In this document: in pieces, positions 53,505-64,000 of the stretch
Numbering within the stretch: the first letter of the stretch is position 1
Layout: each line of letters opens with the position of its first letter
From: Macrostomum lignano
Lineage: Eukaryota
Assembly (NCBI GenBank): GCA_002269645.1
Contig: NIVC01002101.1
Coordinates: forward strand, 62,001 to 126,000
DNA length: 64,000 nucleotides
Reading direction: 5' to 3'
Translations under genes and position numbers: made by a program
The notes under the pieces: generated by a model
What the model saw: the letters and a program-made list of their open reading frames with translations, nothing else
The model's database searches: none
What the model was told of the DNA's origin: nothing

Positions 53505-55425
53505 ATGAAATTCCTGATTCTGACGTTTCTGAGTCTGGTGGCTCTGTCGTACGGCTCAGGCTGCCAGCAGCCATCGCTCAAGCTCACGAGGTTCCCCGGC
53601 TGCCCAGCCGACCCCGGCTCCGGGTGGCGGTCTCTGCAGCCGGTTACCAAGCAGCAGTGCGCGATGCTCTGCGCCAAGCAGTCCTGGTGCGCAGCTCTGA
53701 GCTTGGATGCTGCCAGCACCGCTGATGGCATCGGGCAGCTCGGTGAGTGCCGACTGTTCACTGCGGAGACCGCGCTGCTCGGCTGGAATTCGTCCTGTGG
53801 CGGACAGTCCGGTCTGGCGTCCAGCGACAGGCTGAGCAGCTTCCGGACCGGTGAGACCGGAGTTCTGTTTTCAATTTTTTCAGGACTCGTGTTGATCAAA
53901 CTCACTTTGGCCTTTGCAGAGTACTTTGCGGCTCGAAACGTGACTCACAAGCGGGTCCACATTCCCAACAACTCGGTGAAGATCTTCGCCGCATTCCGTC
54001 AGCACCAGCCGGCTGTCTCATCACTCATTGGCTGCGTTGCCAAGTGCAGCGAGATGCTGGCCTGTCGCGGGATTGTGTTCAACTCCAGCAACTGCTCTCT
54101 GCTCACCGACTACCCGCTGTGCCGCTGGTTCGAGCAGCCCCCGAACAGCTCTGAGCTGGCCGTCTATGTGAGTGTTGGGAGAGCAGTGCTGGATCGGTGA
54201 CATCATTTAGGCACTTTTATGGATAGCCGATCTAATAAATCGTTTGAATTTCCAACTCAGGAGTTCCACACTGTGGGCACTCAGCAGTGCTTCGAGACCG
54301 TCAACCTGCGAGTGTCGGACGCGCTGAGCTTCGACCGGCTCTGGGCCGAGTACAAGACCGGCTTCGGCACTTATCACGGCAACTACTTTGCTGGTGAGTC
54401 ACTTGGGGCTCTTTTAGTTGAGTTTCTGGTCGTATGCGCAGTGTGTTTTTCATATAAGAAAAATTATTTAGTTTTTAACCTTTTAGACCATTGGTAAATT
54501 TTTATATTTTCGAAATTCAGAAATATGATGTGTGGTTGAAGAAAATTTTTTGTTCGGAAATCCAGTCTATCTAAATTTGAAGAAGAAACTTTGAAGTTTT
54601 AGCAACTATTACATATTCTACTTCAGCACTTAAAGCTACTCGTAAAAGTACACTCCGCTAAGCTACACTAAAAGTACTCTGCATGTTCAAAACTTTTAAA
54701 ATAGGATATTAGAATATCAAAAGCTCTACTTATCTGATGAAGATGAGGCAAGCGAAAACATGAAATATTCTCGTTTGTCAAATACCAAATGTGTTTGCCT
54801 TGTGCAGCTCAAGTAGCTGTGTAAAAGCTTTGCTTTGGCAGTTTATATGAGATAAATGGGGACACACTGTGTTTACATAGGAACAAAATCAAAATCAAGC
54901 AGGCGATGCTTATTAATTCTGATGGGAAATTCTAAAGCAAGCTATGTAAATTTTCTCACAAATAGGCCTGGATTGGCTGCACGCCCGGACCAGCGCTCAG
55001 CCCATCAACAACCGGTTCCGCGTCGACCTGCTGTACTGGAACGACACCTACATCTACGCCTACTACCTGAACGTGCTCATTCTGGCCGAGAGCACCAACT
55101 ACACGGTGTCCGAATTCACGTTTGAGCCTGCTTTAGGTCTGCACCAGAACTTGTTCGGTGGCAAGAACATCCAGTTTCAGACTCGAGATCGTGGCTTGAG
55201 TACCTGCATTAATGGACAGAACTGTGCCCAAATGTACCAGCCTCACTGGCACGCATGCTGCCATGCCTCAGGTCCGTTCGGCAAGTACTTCAACTACCCG
55301 ACAGCGCTGAATGTGCCAGCTGCAGACCGAGCCAAGGGCATCGTTTGGGCTTCAAATGCTCCAAAAACATCACTGATGGGCACTACTACAGCTTCAAGCA
55401 GCTGGAGATTCTCATGCTTACTTGA
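53505..55425 (+). pseudogene. PAN-PAN-FReD family 2 copy F, with a 1-nt deletion near the C-terminus (pseudogenising lesion or assembly error)
   Basis: Exons 53505-53850 (MKFLILTFLSLVALSYG), 53920-54167, 54261-54393, 54966-55425. At 55361-55370 CCAAAAACAT vs CCAACAAACAT in copies E and G shifts the frame; the paralogous ending ...QLEILMLT-TGA is still present at 55425 in the shifted frame. Confidence 0.7.
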
Positions 55426-55879
55426 GTTTTGTATTGGGTTCAATTGTTGATCATAGGGTTCTCTGACTTCAAATCTTATTGAGCGAGAATAAACTCAAAG
55501 AACCAGTATGGAAGGTGGTGCACATGTAGGTTTCAATGGCAATTTCTGCAGTGTCAGCAGCGGTCCTGGCTTTTTACTCGTATATCGAGCTGCTCGTCGA
55601 TTCCTTGCAATTTAAATAATTTTACAGACTTTTCAGATGCAAACAAGGTTCTTTGGTTTACCTGAATCAAACAAGATATCTGGTAGCTTTCAGCTGTTGG
55701 TCCCCACGCCGCAACTGTACCATTTTTTTCCTTAACTCGTCATGTTTAAGTCGTTCTTTTAAGTTGTCAGTTTGCACTCAAACAATGATTCTTGCACTGG
55801 AAATTTGCGGCAGACTGGCGCTAAAAAACATGAAAAAGCGGACGATCTTTTGTTCTTTAAAAGAGTTTTCCTTCTAGAC

Positions 55880-56920
55880 TCTGAATCATGGAAAATCATT
55901 GGGGTTGCGGATATACTCAATCTGAATCATGGAAACTCAATTGGGTTGCGGATGCTCAATCTGAATCATTGAAACTCATTAGGGTTTCGGATACTCCACC
56001 TGAATCATGGAAACTCAATTGGGTTGCGGACGCTCAACCAGAATCATGGAAACTCATTTGGGTTTCGGATACTCCACCTGAATCATGGAAACTCAATTGG
56101 GTTGCGGACGCTCAACCAGAATCATGGAAACTCATTGGGGTTGCGGATACTCAATCTGAATCATGGAAACTCATTTGGGTTGCGGATACTCAACCTGAAT
56201 CATGGAAACTCATTTGGGTTTCGGATACTCCACCTGAATCATGGAAACTCAATTGGGTTGCGGACGCTCAACCAGAATCATGGAAACTCATTGGGGTTGC
56301 GGATACTCAATCTGAATCATGGAAACTCATTTGGGTTGCGGATACTCAACCTGAATCATGGAAACTCATTTGGGTTTCGGATACTCCACCTGAATCATGG
56401 AAACTCAATTGGGTTGCGGACGCTCAATTAGAATCATGGAAACTCATTGGGGTTGCGGATACTCAATCTGAATCATGGAAACTCATTTGGGTTGCGGATA
56501 CTCAACCTGAATCATGGAAACTCATTTGGGTTGCGGATACTCAATCTGAATCATGGAAACTCATTTGGGTTGAGGATACTCAACCTGAATCATGGAAACT
56601 CAATTGGGTTGCGGATACTCAATCTGAATCATGGAAACTCATTTGGGTTGCGGATACTCAACCTGAATCATGGAAACTCATTTGGGTTTCGGATACTCCA
56701 CCTGAATCATGGAAACTCAATTGGGTTGCGGACGCTCAATTAGAATCATGGAAACTCATTGGGGTTGCGGATACTCACCCTGAATCATGGAAACTCATTT
56801 GGGTTTCGAACACTCACCCTGAATCATGGAAACTCATTTGGGTTTCGAACACTCACCTTGAAGCGTGGAAACTCATTTGGGTTTCGAACACTCACCTTGA
56901 AGCGTGGAAACTCATATGAG
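55880..56920. repeat. 39-bp minisatellite
   Basis: Unit GAATCATGGAAACTCATTTGGGTTGCGGATACTCAACCT, about 26 units. Confidence 0.95.
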
Positions 56921-58670
56921 TTGAGGATTTCATCGCAATATTCCTCTGACCCAACCCACCTGCAGCCCCTTTTCGCCAGTCAATCAGCAAACGCTAAGCA
57001 GCCTCTTTGGCGCTTCTTGCTGCTAAAACTGTTTCGCAAAGGCCTACATGAATAACTTTATTATTCCTTTTGTATTTTCAATTCTCTTTTTAACTCATTT
57101 TTGCCTAATAATTCCCGTTTTGAATTCTGCTGCACCTGAACTGGCGTCTCTCGATCTTCTAATCTTCTACATGTAACTTTGTAAGAATCGTAAATTTCTT
57201 CGCAACAGTCAGCCGAAAGGCAGAATATTTCGTTTGAATCAAACAAAAGCTCTTCAATACATTTCAGTCGATTCTTACCAAATAAAATTCACTCATGAAA
57301 AAGCTACTCAGATACAAATGTAACGATGTCACTTCCTTTATTTCACCTTTTTTCTTTTTTTGTATCGTACAGCTTAATATTCGTAATCTCCTTCTACATT
57401 ATACTTAAATCTTACTTTCTTATTTAGCGTTAACGTATTTTTTGTTATACCGTATAATTCATAAAATATCTAGGAGTATATAAAACGTATTCTCCCTCTC
57501 GCTCTCCTTCCCTCACATTTTCTCATTGCAATACTACGAGTACTATGGTACGCTCGTTGCTATCTATAATATTAAGAGTAGATTATTATAATTGTGATTT
57601 GATTGAAATAAACTCTCAGCACGCGCTGCATCGACATCGTTCATTATTAATTAAATAATCGATCTAAATTCGTAACACAAAGACACCTGCCACACTGTAC
57701 ACTTAAACGGACCAATTTTAGAAGCAGTGAAGTTCATTTGATGCTAGTAAAATGTATTAGCCTGGAGCTTTAGCTAGCTCGTACATGCACGGTAATGCTG
57801 GCTTTCAACCAGATGAGATTCAACCTACAGAATAAATGTTCGCATTCATTCTCATATTCTCAAATATGATTTGTGAGTTTCATTAAGACCTGCTGTACAA
57901 TACAAGTTGATGCAAGTTGACTTCTGGTCGTTTTTCGCTACTCTTCGGCGTCGTTGGGTGTGACCGCGCACCCTACGATTTAAGTGACGTTAAACTCCGC
58001 CAAAATGCGCCAAATTATATTGGCTGAATTAGACCGGATTTGTACACTTGAGCAGAACAATGCTGCACGTTATTACGCTCGTATATATTGATAATTATTT
58101 AATGTAAAAAATTATACAAAAAAGAATTTACCTGCATGAAAAGTTCAGTCTGATCAATGCTTTGGAAGAAAGTCTTGCATGGGTGGTAAAAATAATTAAA
58201 AAAGTACTCTAATCTGAGAAATTAAGTTATCCAGCGGCTGTGGGGTGTTTCGGTGCAGGTGACTGACGAGGATATTTTGGAATGTCTTAAGCGTGCTTTA
58301 AACACGATATTTGGATCGTTAAGGTGGAAGTACAAAACATTGTCTTCTCAAATTCTCAACGGCCGTTGCATTCTAGGCAATTTCTTGACATGGCATGTGT
58401 TTGATTGGCACGTGCATGGATTGGTAAAGCGTCGAATCAACTTCATGTACTTTCGTACTTGCGCCTATAATTCTTCATTAATTTTTATTGACTCAATAAA
58501 TGGGTAAGCAGCGTTGCCTCATACTACTATCAGCCAACTACAAGCATTTAAAATTTTGATGTTATCAATCATCATTAATCATTAATTTATTAAAGTTGAC
58601 GCTTTGAACTTTTCTGAACATTTACAAAATATTAATAATAATAACACATTACGCCTGCCCCAATTGGGCT

Positions 58671-58949
58671 AGATGTGCAACCGACAGCTCAGCCGAAGCC
58701 ATTGCACGGCTCACCTGAAGGTTGCGTACGGCTGTTAAGTGTTCAGCCCAATGCCTGGGGGGGGGGGGGGGTTCGCCACACTCACACAGTCACACACCCT
58801 CAATAACCCCAGCTGGCTAACGCTGACACCCATTTTACTGCTGGATGAACTGAAGCAATGCAGAGTTGCGTTTCTTGCTGAAGGACACAGATTGCTTCAA
58901 TTGTCTCACGACCTTCAAGTCGTGAGTACGACGCTCTAACCGCAGGCTA
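58671..58949 (-). mobile_element. SINE family A, near full-length copy
   Basis: Reverse complement aligns along 3267-3520, including the tRNA-like head, central body and GCTGTCGGTTGCACATCT tail. Confidence 0.7.
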
Positions 58950-59507
58950 CAACCTCCTACAAAAATATCAACAAAAGGTAAATATAGCTGCTTAATACGG
59001 TAAAATGGTGCGAAATATTTCCCTTACAACCTTCCATTTATCCTCCTCAGCTCACAGTTTAAATAATTTTATAATGAAAACCAGCAGGCGTTTTCGTATT
59101 CTAAGGATGCCGCCGTCCGTCTGTGTTTATCATCGGTGAGCAAAGTATTGAAAATTTTCACTAGACTATTAGACGCGAGTATTTTGTTATATTTAGATAA
59201 AATTGGCTCCAAATCGAAAAAATTACTGAATCAGAAATTACCTTGCAAGTCTACCTTTCCATACTTTGTGCAGCGGAGTAGAATGAATTTTCATATTTCA
59301 GTTTCCCTTTGGCCAATGAGCAGATGGGATCCAGTAGCGTAAGCGCTTCGAGTCTGATTTAGCCAATTAAAATTCACCCCACAAACAAGCAGCAGCTGAG
59401 CACTTTTTCACCCAATAAAACGGCTAGAACTGCCTTGCATTCAGATGCTTTGACTGCAGGAAAAACCATCAAAAAGTTTTTGCCCTACCGTATAGCTAAG
59501 GTGGAAA

Positions 59508-61422
59508 ATGAAATTTTTAATTCTGACGTTTCTGAGCCTGGTGGCTCTGTCGTACAGCTCAGGCTGCCAGCAGCCGTCGCTCAAGCTCACGAGGTTCCCC
59601 GGCTGCCAAGCGGACCCGGGCTCCGGGTGGCAGTCTCTGCAGCCGGTCACCAAGCAGCAGTGCGCGATGCTCTGCGCCAAGCAGTCCTGGTGCGCAGCTC
59701 TGAGCTTGGATGCTGCCAGCACCGCTGATGGCGTCGGGCAGCTCGGTGAGTGCCGACTGTTCACTGCGGAGACCGCGCTGCTCGGCTGGAATTCGTCCTG
59801 TGGCGGACAGTCCGGTCTGGCGTCCAGCGACAGGCTGAGCAGCTTCCGGACTGGTGAGACCGGAGTTCTGTTTTCAATTTTTGCAGAACTCATATTGATC
59901 AAACTCACTTTGGCCTTTGCAGAGTACCTTGCGGCTCGAAACGTGACTCACAAGCGGGTCCACATTCCTAACAACTCGGTGAAGATCTTCGCCGCATTCC
60001 TTCAGCACCAGCCGGCTGTCTCATCACTCATTGGCTGCGTTGCCGAGTGCAGCGAGATGCCGGCCTGTCGCGGGATTGTGTTCAACTCCAGCAACTGCTC
60101 TCTGCTCACCGACTACCCGCTGTGCCGCTGGTTCGAGCAGCCTTCGAACAGCTCTGAGCTGGCCGTCTATGTGAGTGTTGGGAAAGCAGAGCTTGATCGG
60201 TGACAGCATTTAGACGCTTTAAATGAAAACCGTAAGACATTGCCTAACTTTTCCTTCCAGGAGTTCTACACTGTGGGCACTCAGCAGTGCTTCGAGACCG
60301 TCAACCTGCGAGTGTCGGACGCGCTGAGCTTCGACCGGCTCTGGGACGAGTACAAGACCGGCTTCGGCACTTATCACGGCAACTACTTTGCTGGTGAGTA
60401 ACGGTAGTTTTAGATGGGGTCTGAAATCAGGGAATAAATCATCAGTATCGAATAGATTGAATGACTTTAAACTACGAGTATTTATTGATAATTTCCAGGG
60501 CGTTGCCACCGGTGGATATGCCAATGCTTTTCCTTCCACCCCACCTTGTTTACCCATTATGGAAATCAATAATTTTGCTTCAGGGCAACATAAAAAACAT
60601 TACGCCTGCAACATCAGTGCCTGCTGTACTTAAAATGGTGCCTTCGGCGCTAAAATGAGTTCCTGCAGCACCAAAATCAGAGACTGCGGCGCCAAAATTA
60701 TCGATGACAACACCGATTTGGAAATAATGTACATGTAGGAATTTAGTCATGTACATGTACATGTAGAATATTCGGCTTTTATTTTCCCCACCACGGCGAC
60801 GCACTTGATCATATCCTCGTCGTTCAAGGGCAGTTCTTCCTTATTGAGCAGTAAATCATAGAATTATTTTTAGCTATGTGGCACCCTATAGACTTGCTAG
60901 ACTTGCAGGCTACACATATTAGATTTTTGCCTGAATGACAGCCCTGCCGTGAAAAAATTACGAACAGGCCTGGAGTGGCTGCACAACCGGACCAGCGCTC
61001 AGCCCAACAACCGGTTTCGCGTCGACCTGCGGTACTGGAACGACGCCTACATCTACGCCTACTACCTGAACGTGCTCATTCTGGCCGAGAGCACCAACTA
61101 CACGGTGTCTAATTACACCTACGCGCCTGCTGGAGGCCTTGGAGACTGCCTATTTCGAGGCAAGAACCGGCAGTTCGTCACTCGAGATCGCGGATCGGAC
61201 ACTTGTCACGTAAACTGTGCAGTTAGTTACGAGCAACCTCACTGGCACAAATGCTGCCTTGCCTCAGGTCCGTTTGGCAGGTACTTCAACTACCCGGCAG
61301 CGCTGAATGTTAAAGATGCAGACCGAGCCAAGGGCATTGTTTGGGTTTGCAATGCCCCAACAAACATCACTGACGGATTTTACTACAGCTTCAAGCAGCT
61401 GGAGATTCTTATGCTAGCCTGA
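59508..61422 (+). CDS. Secreted PAN-PAN-FReD protein, family 2 copy G (~393 aa), intact
   Basis: Exons 59508-59853, 59923-60170, 60261-60393, 60968-61422 sum to 1182 nt; GT-AG, phases 1,0,1; signal peptide MKFLILTFLSLVALSYS, two PAN modules and a divergent FReD. Confidence 0.82.
60496..60807. mobile_element. Older copy of the 14708-15142 hAT MITE family, opposite orientation, inside the last intron of copy G
   Basis: Colinear with the reverse complement of 14708-15142 (CCCCACCTTG...AATAATTTT.CTTCAGGGC...GGCGCCAAAAT...AATTTAGTCATGTACATG); decayed TSD ATAATTTC/ATCATATC. Confidence 0.7.
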
Positions 61423-62478
61423 GATCATTTCGCTACCCGCAAAGCTAATGTCTAAATGGCTATAGGCCAAAGTCTTTAAAAACTATCTATCTCTGCAAGT
61501 CCTCTTTAACCTAATTTCTTTTTACATGAGTAGCATTGAGTACAGTTATCTTTAAGTATGGAGCATATATTCTCAATGAACATTGAAGCCTCCACACTGT
61601 CATGAAACGACTTGCGTGTCTGTCTAAAGTGCAAGTAGCTCGTAGCAATTGTAACTGATTGTCTCGGTAGAGAGTTGCTCAGTTCGCTGGTTCGATTCCG
61701 TGCACGGGCCCCAAATATTTCCACAAAAAACATGTAATTTCGTCTACAAGAAATTGGCCAGGGGGGGGGGTCGTCGTGCGATTCACGCCAACCAAGGCCA
61801 ATCTCAAAGGCAGAGAGAGTGCGAATCTTGGAGACACCTCGCCTCAGAATCCAACACACCGTCTCCTCTCGCCACCAGGAGAGGTGGTGAAACACAGAGC
61901 GGCTCACAAGAACCCCCCCCCCGTCATGATGAAGTTCGTTGACATTGTCGATTAGAGCTCGGAGGAAAACTCTCCCGACGCAAATTTTAACTTGCCTATC
62001 AGCTTCTGCAAACAAGATTTGACAGCCTCTTCTTCGATCGACTCTGTTCAACTCGGGTCATTTGAGGACAGCTCACGCGTTAGGGCATAGCAGGGTGGCC
62101 CGGCGGCAGGCTTGAGTCTTAAGCCCTCACCTGAGACGCTGTTTTTTTTTAAATTGGCCCGAGTCTCCATCGACTTTTGGCTCGGATTTTGGAGTGCAGC
62201 TGTGAGCGCCTGTGGCACTGATCAGCGGCATTGAGTTAGTACTCTCGCAGCTGCTACAGACCGGTGGCGGTGCTTGCTTTTTAGGCACTGTCGCTTTTAT
62301 CATTTTGGTTGGTGCCATCAAGTGTGTTGCCACCAGACCCAGGTCTGCGCTAAACAGCACTCGATCGCTTTCCGTCATGCTGGAGAAGCCGATATTAATC
62401 ATCATATATCGCATGACTTTTGTGCGATCGAAGTCTAAATCTAGCAGGTCTCCGATTCTGGCAGGATGTCGGAGATGA

Positions 62479-62667
62479 TTGATTGACTCGGAGGAATCGA
62501 TGTGCAACCAATGCACTAAAGTTAGACATGCTGAAAATTTTGAAATTATCGATTGTAACCGACAGAGTATGAAGTTGTCTATTCTTGAGGCGTTGTACAT
62601 AAAACAGCTAAAAGCCCGCCATGAACAATCCAAATTGGTGGTAGAGGGGCGATCAGTGTCCATCTAA
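62479..62667 (+). mobile_element. Penelope-like element GIY-YIG endonuclease C-terminal remnant
   Basis: NFEIIDCNRQSMKLSILEALYIKQLK resembles the F.IL...L.I.EAL.I...KP.LN tail of Penelope endonucleases. Confidence 0.5.
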
Positions 62668-64000
62668 GGGTGTTCTGACCCCATGCGCTTGCCTCTTATT
62701 TAGGGCCATCTAACTCTGCTACCCATACTTGCATCATGTTGACTTACTAGGCTAAAAAAATTACCACATCCTCTCTGCATGATCTATATTATTGCCTGAA
62801 GATGCCGATTGTTCGGCAAAACATGTCGCGCAAAGATGAATAAAATTGCAATTTGATATTATTAAAGAATTGTTTGTTTTTGCTTTCGATCTCCTGTCTT
62901 TTGTCAAATGAAACCTCGAATACAGAATCTATAAATAAAGTTTGACAAGTTTATGAGAAGAAAAACTTTTTTTTACTTCGACCAAAATCTTACGAAATTT
63001 TTCTACTTCCTAGCTAACGACCAGGAAGTCTTCCTGACACGCATGTTACTACCGAAAAATCCGTTTTCTGACTTCCCCAGTTTCCTGTAAAACTTCTACA
63101 AGTAGAAAGCAGGAGCAAAGGAAGCAGATCGGGTGACTTCAGCCTGAGTAAGTCAGGCACCTCGCTGTGCTGGGTAAAGCGATGCTTCACACCGGAAGTT
63201 GAAACAATGAAAGCCAAACAATTCAGACCCCTGATTCTCAGCAGCAGCAAACATCAAATTTCTCACTTGTGCCTTTAGGCTGCTTCTGTATTTGCAGTTT
63301 TTAGATCAATATACATCACCAAGACTTTAGCTAACCGTAGCTTAGAGCCTTTTAAAGCTTGTATGCAAATATATTCATAGGGTAATTAATGTATTATCTT
63401 ACCTAGAGATACACGTAGTAGGTTGATGTTACATGTATAAGTACGATAAATTGGCGTTGCAACTTGGAAAGGGTGAACTCCATCTTCTAAAATGTCCTAA
63501 TCTCGTTTTGAGCACTCTTCTCTTCTTTGATTTGCTCCACGCTTGACCAACGAGTCCTGTCTATCTAACCTTTCCGAGCCCCGCCAGGTGCTGAGGTTAC
63601 GGCAAGTATGGGCAATAATCCAATGAAATCTCGTCTACCTCGTAAAATAAAAAAAATCACTGTAAACGGACTGATTCGCGGCCAGAGGAGCTTCTGATCT
63701 TCTTGGGTTGCTGCGCAAGTACTTGCAAGAACGTGCAAGATCTTCGCTATGATACTTAGGTAAACTTACAAGATCTGAGCGACTTGCTACATCGTACAAG
63801 ATCTTAACTTTTATATTTTTTTATTTATAGCTTCAAATCGCATATACTTCTTAAATATGTTGTCCCATTTTTGTCATAAAACAAATTAGAGTTCAGCTAG
63901 AACACTTTAGCCAAATGAATGACAAAACAAATGTACGTCCCTTCTTAGAAGATACTGTAATGCAAGAACCGAGCAGATTGAGAAGATCTGCTAAGAATGG

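Noticed and set aside
55888-56919. 343-aa ORF of 13-aa repeats (ESWKLIWVADTQP)
   Set aside because: Stop-free only because the 39-bp unit is 3n; no leader, splice context or flanking coding sequence. Cannot be fully excluded without RNA data.

Overview
Eukaryotic, repeat-rich animal genomic DNA with short GC-rich exons, GT-AG introns and many unrelated minisatellites. The style suggests a free-living flatworm such as Macrostomum; this is inference, not shown by the sequence. I reconstructed by hand: (1) the last four exons of a CC2D1/lethal giant discs gene (+, DM14-C2); (2) four tandem minus-strand paralogs of a secreted PAN/apple + fibrinogen-C (FReD) protein, one nested antisense in the last CC2D1 intron; (3) a four-exon gene for a small secreted single laminin-G-domain protein whose three introns are each filled by a different satellite; (4) an intronless MATH-BTB gene; (5) three copies of a second, divergent PAN-PAN-FReD gene, one minus and two plus, one of them frameshifted. 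The rest is hAT-type MITEs with 8-bp TSDs, two tRNA-derived SINE families, decayed LINE, Penelope and tyrosine-recombinase retroelement fragments, and about 17 tandem-repeat arrays. The most interesting signal is a seven-gene PAN-FReD lectin-like locus showing patchwork homogenisation, variable ligand-binding loops and inter-copy mosaicism, as expected of a diversifying recognition family. Most long ORFs in the supplied track are repeat artefacts. All domain calls are by motif recognition only; no searches were run.
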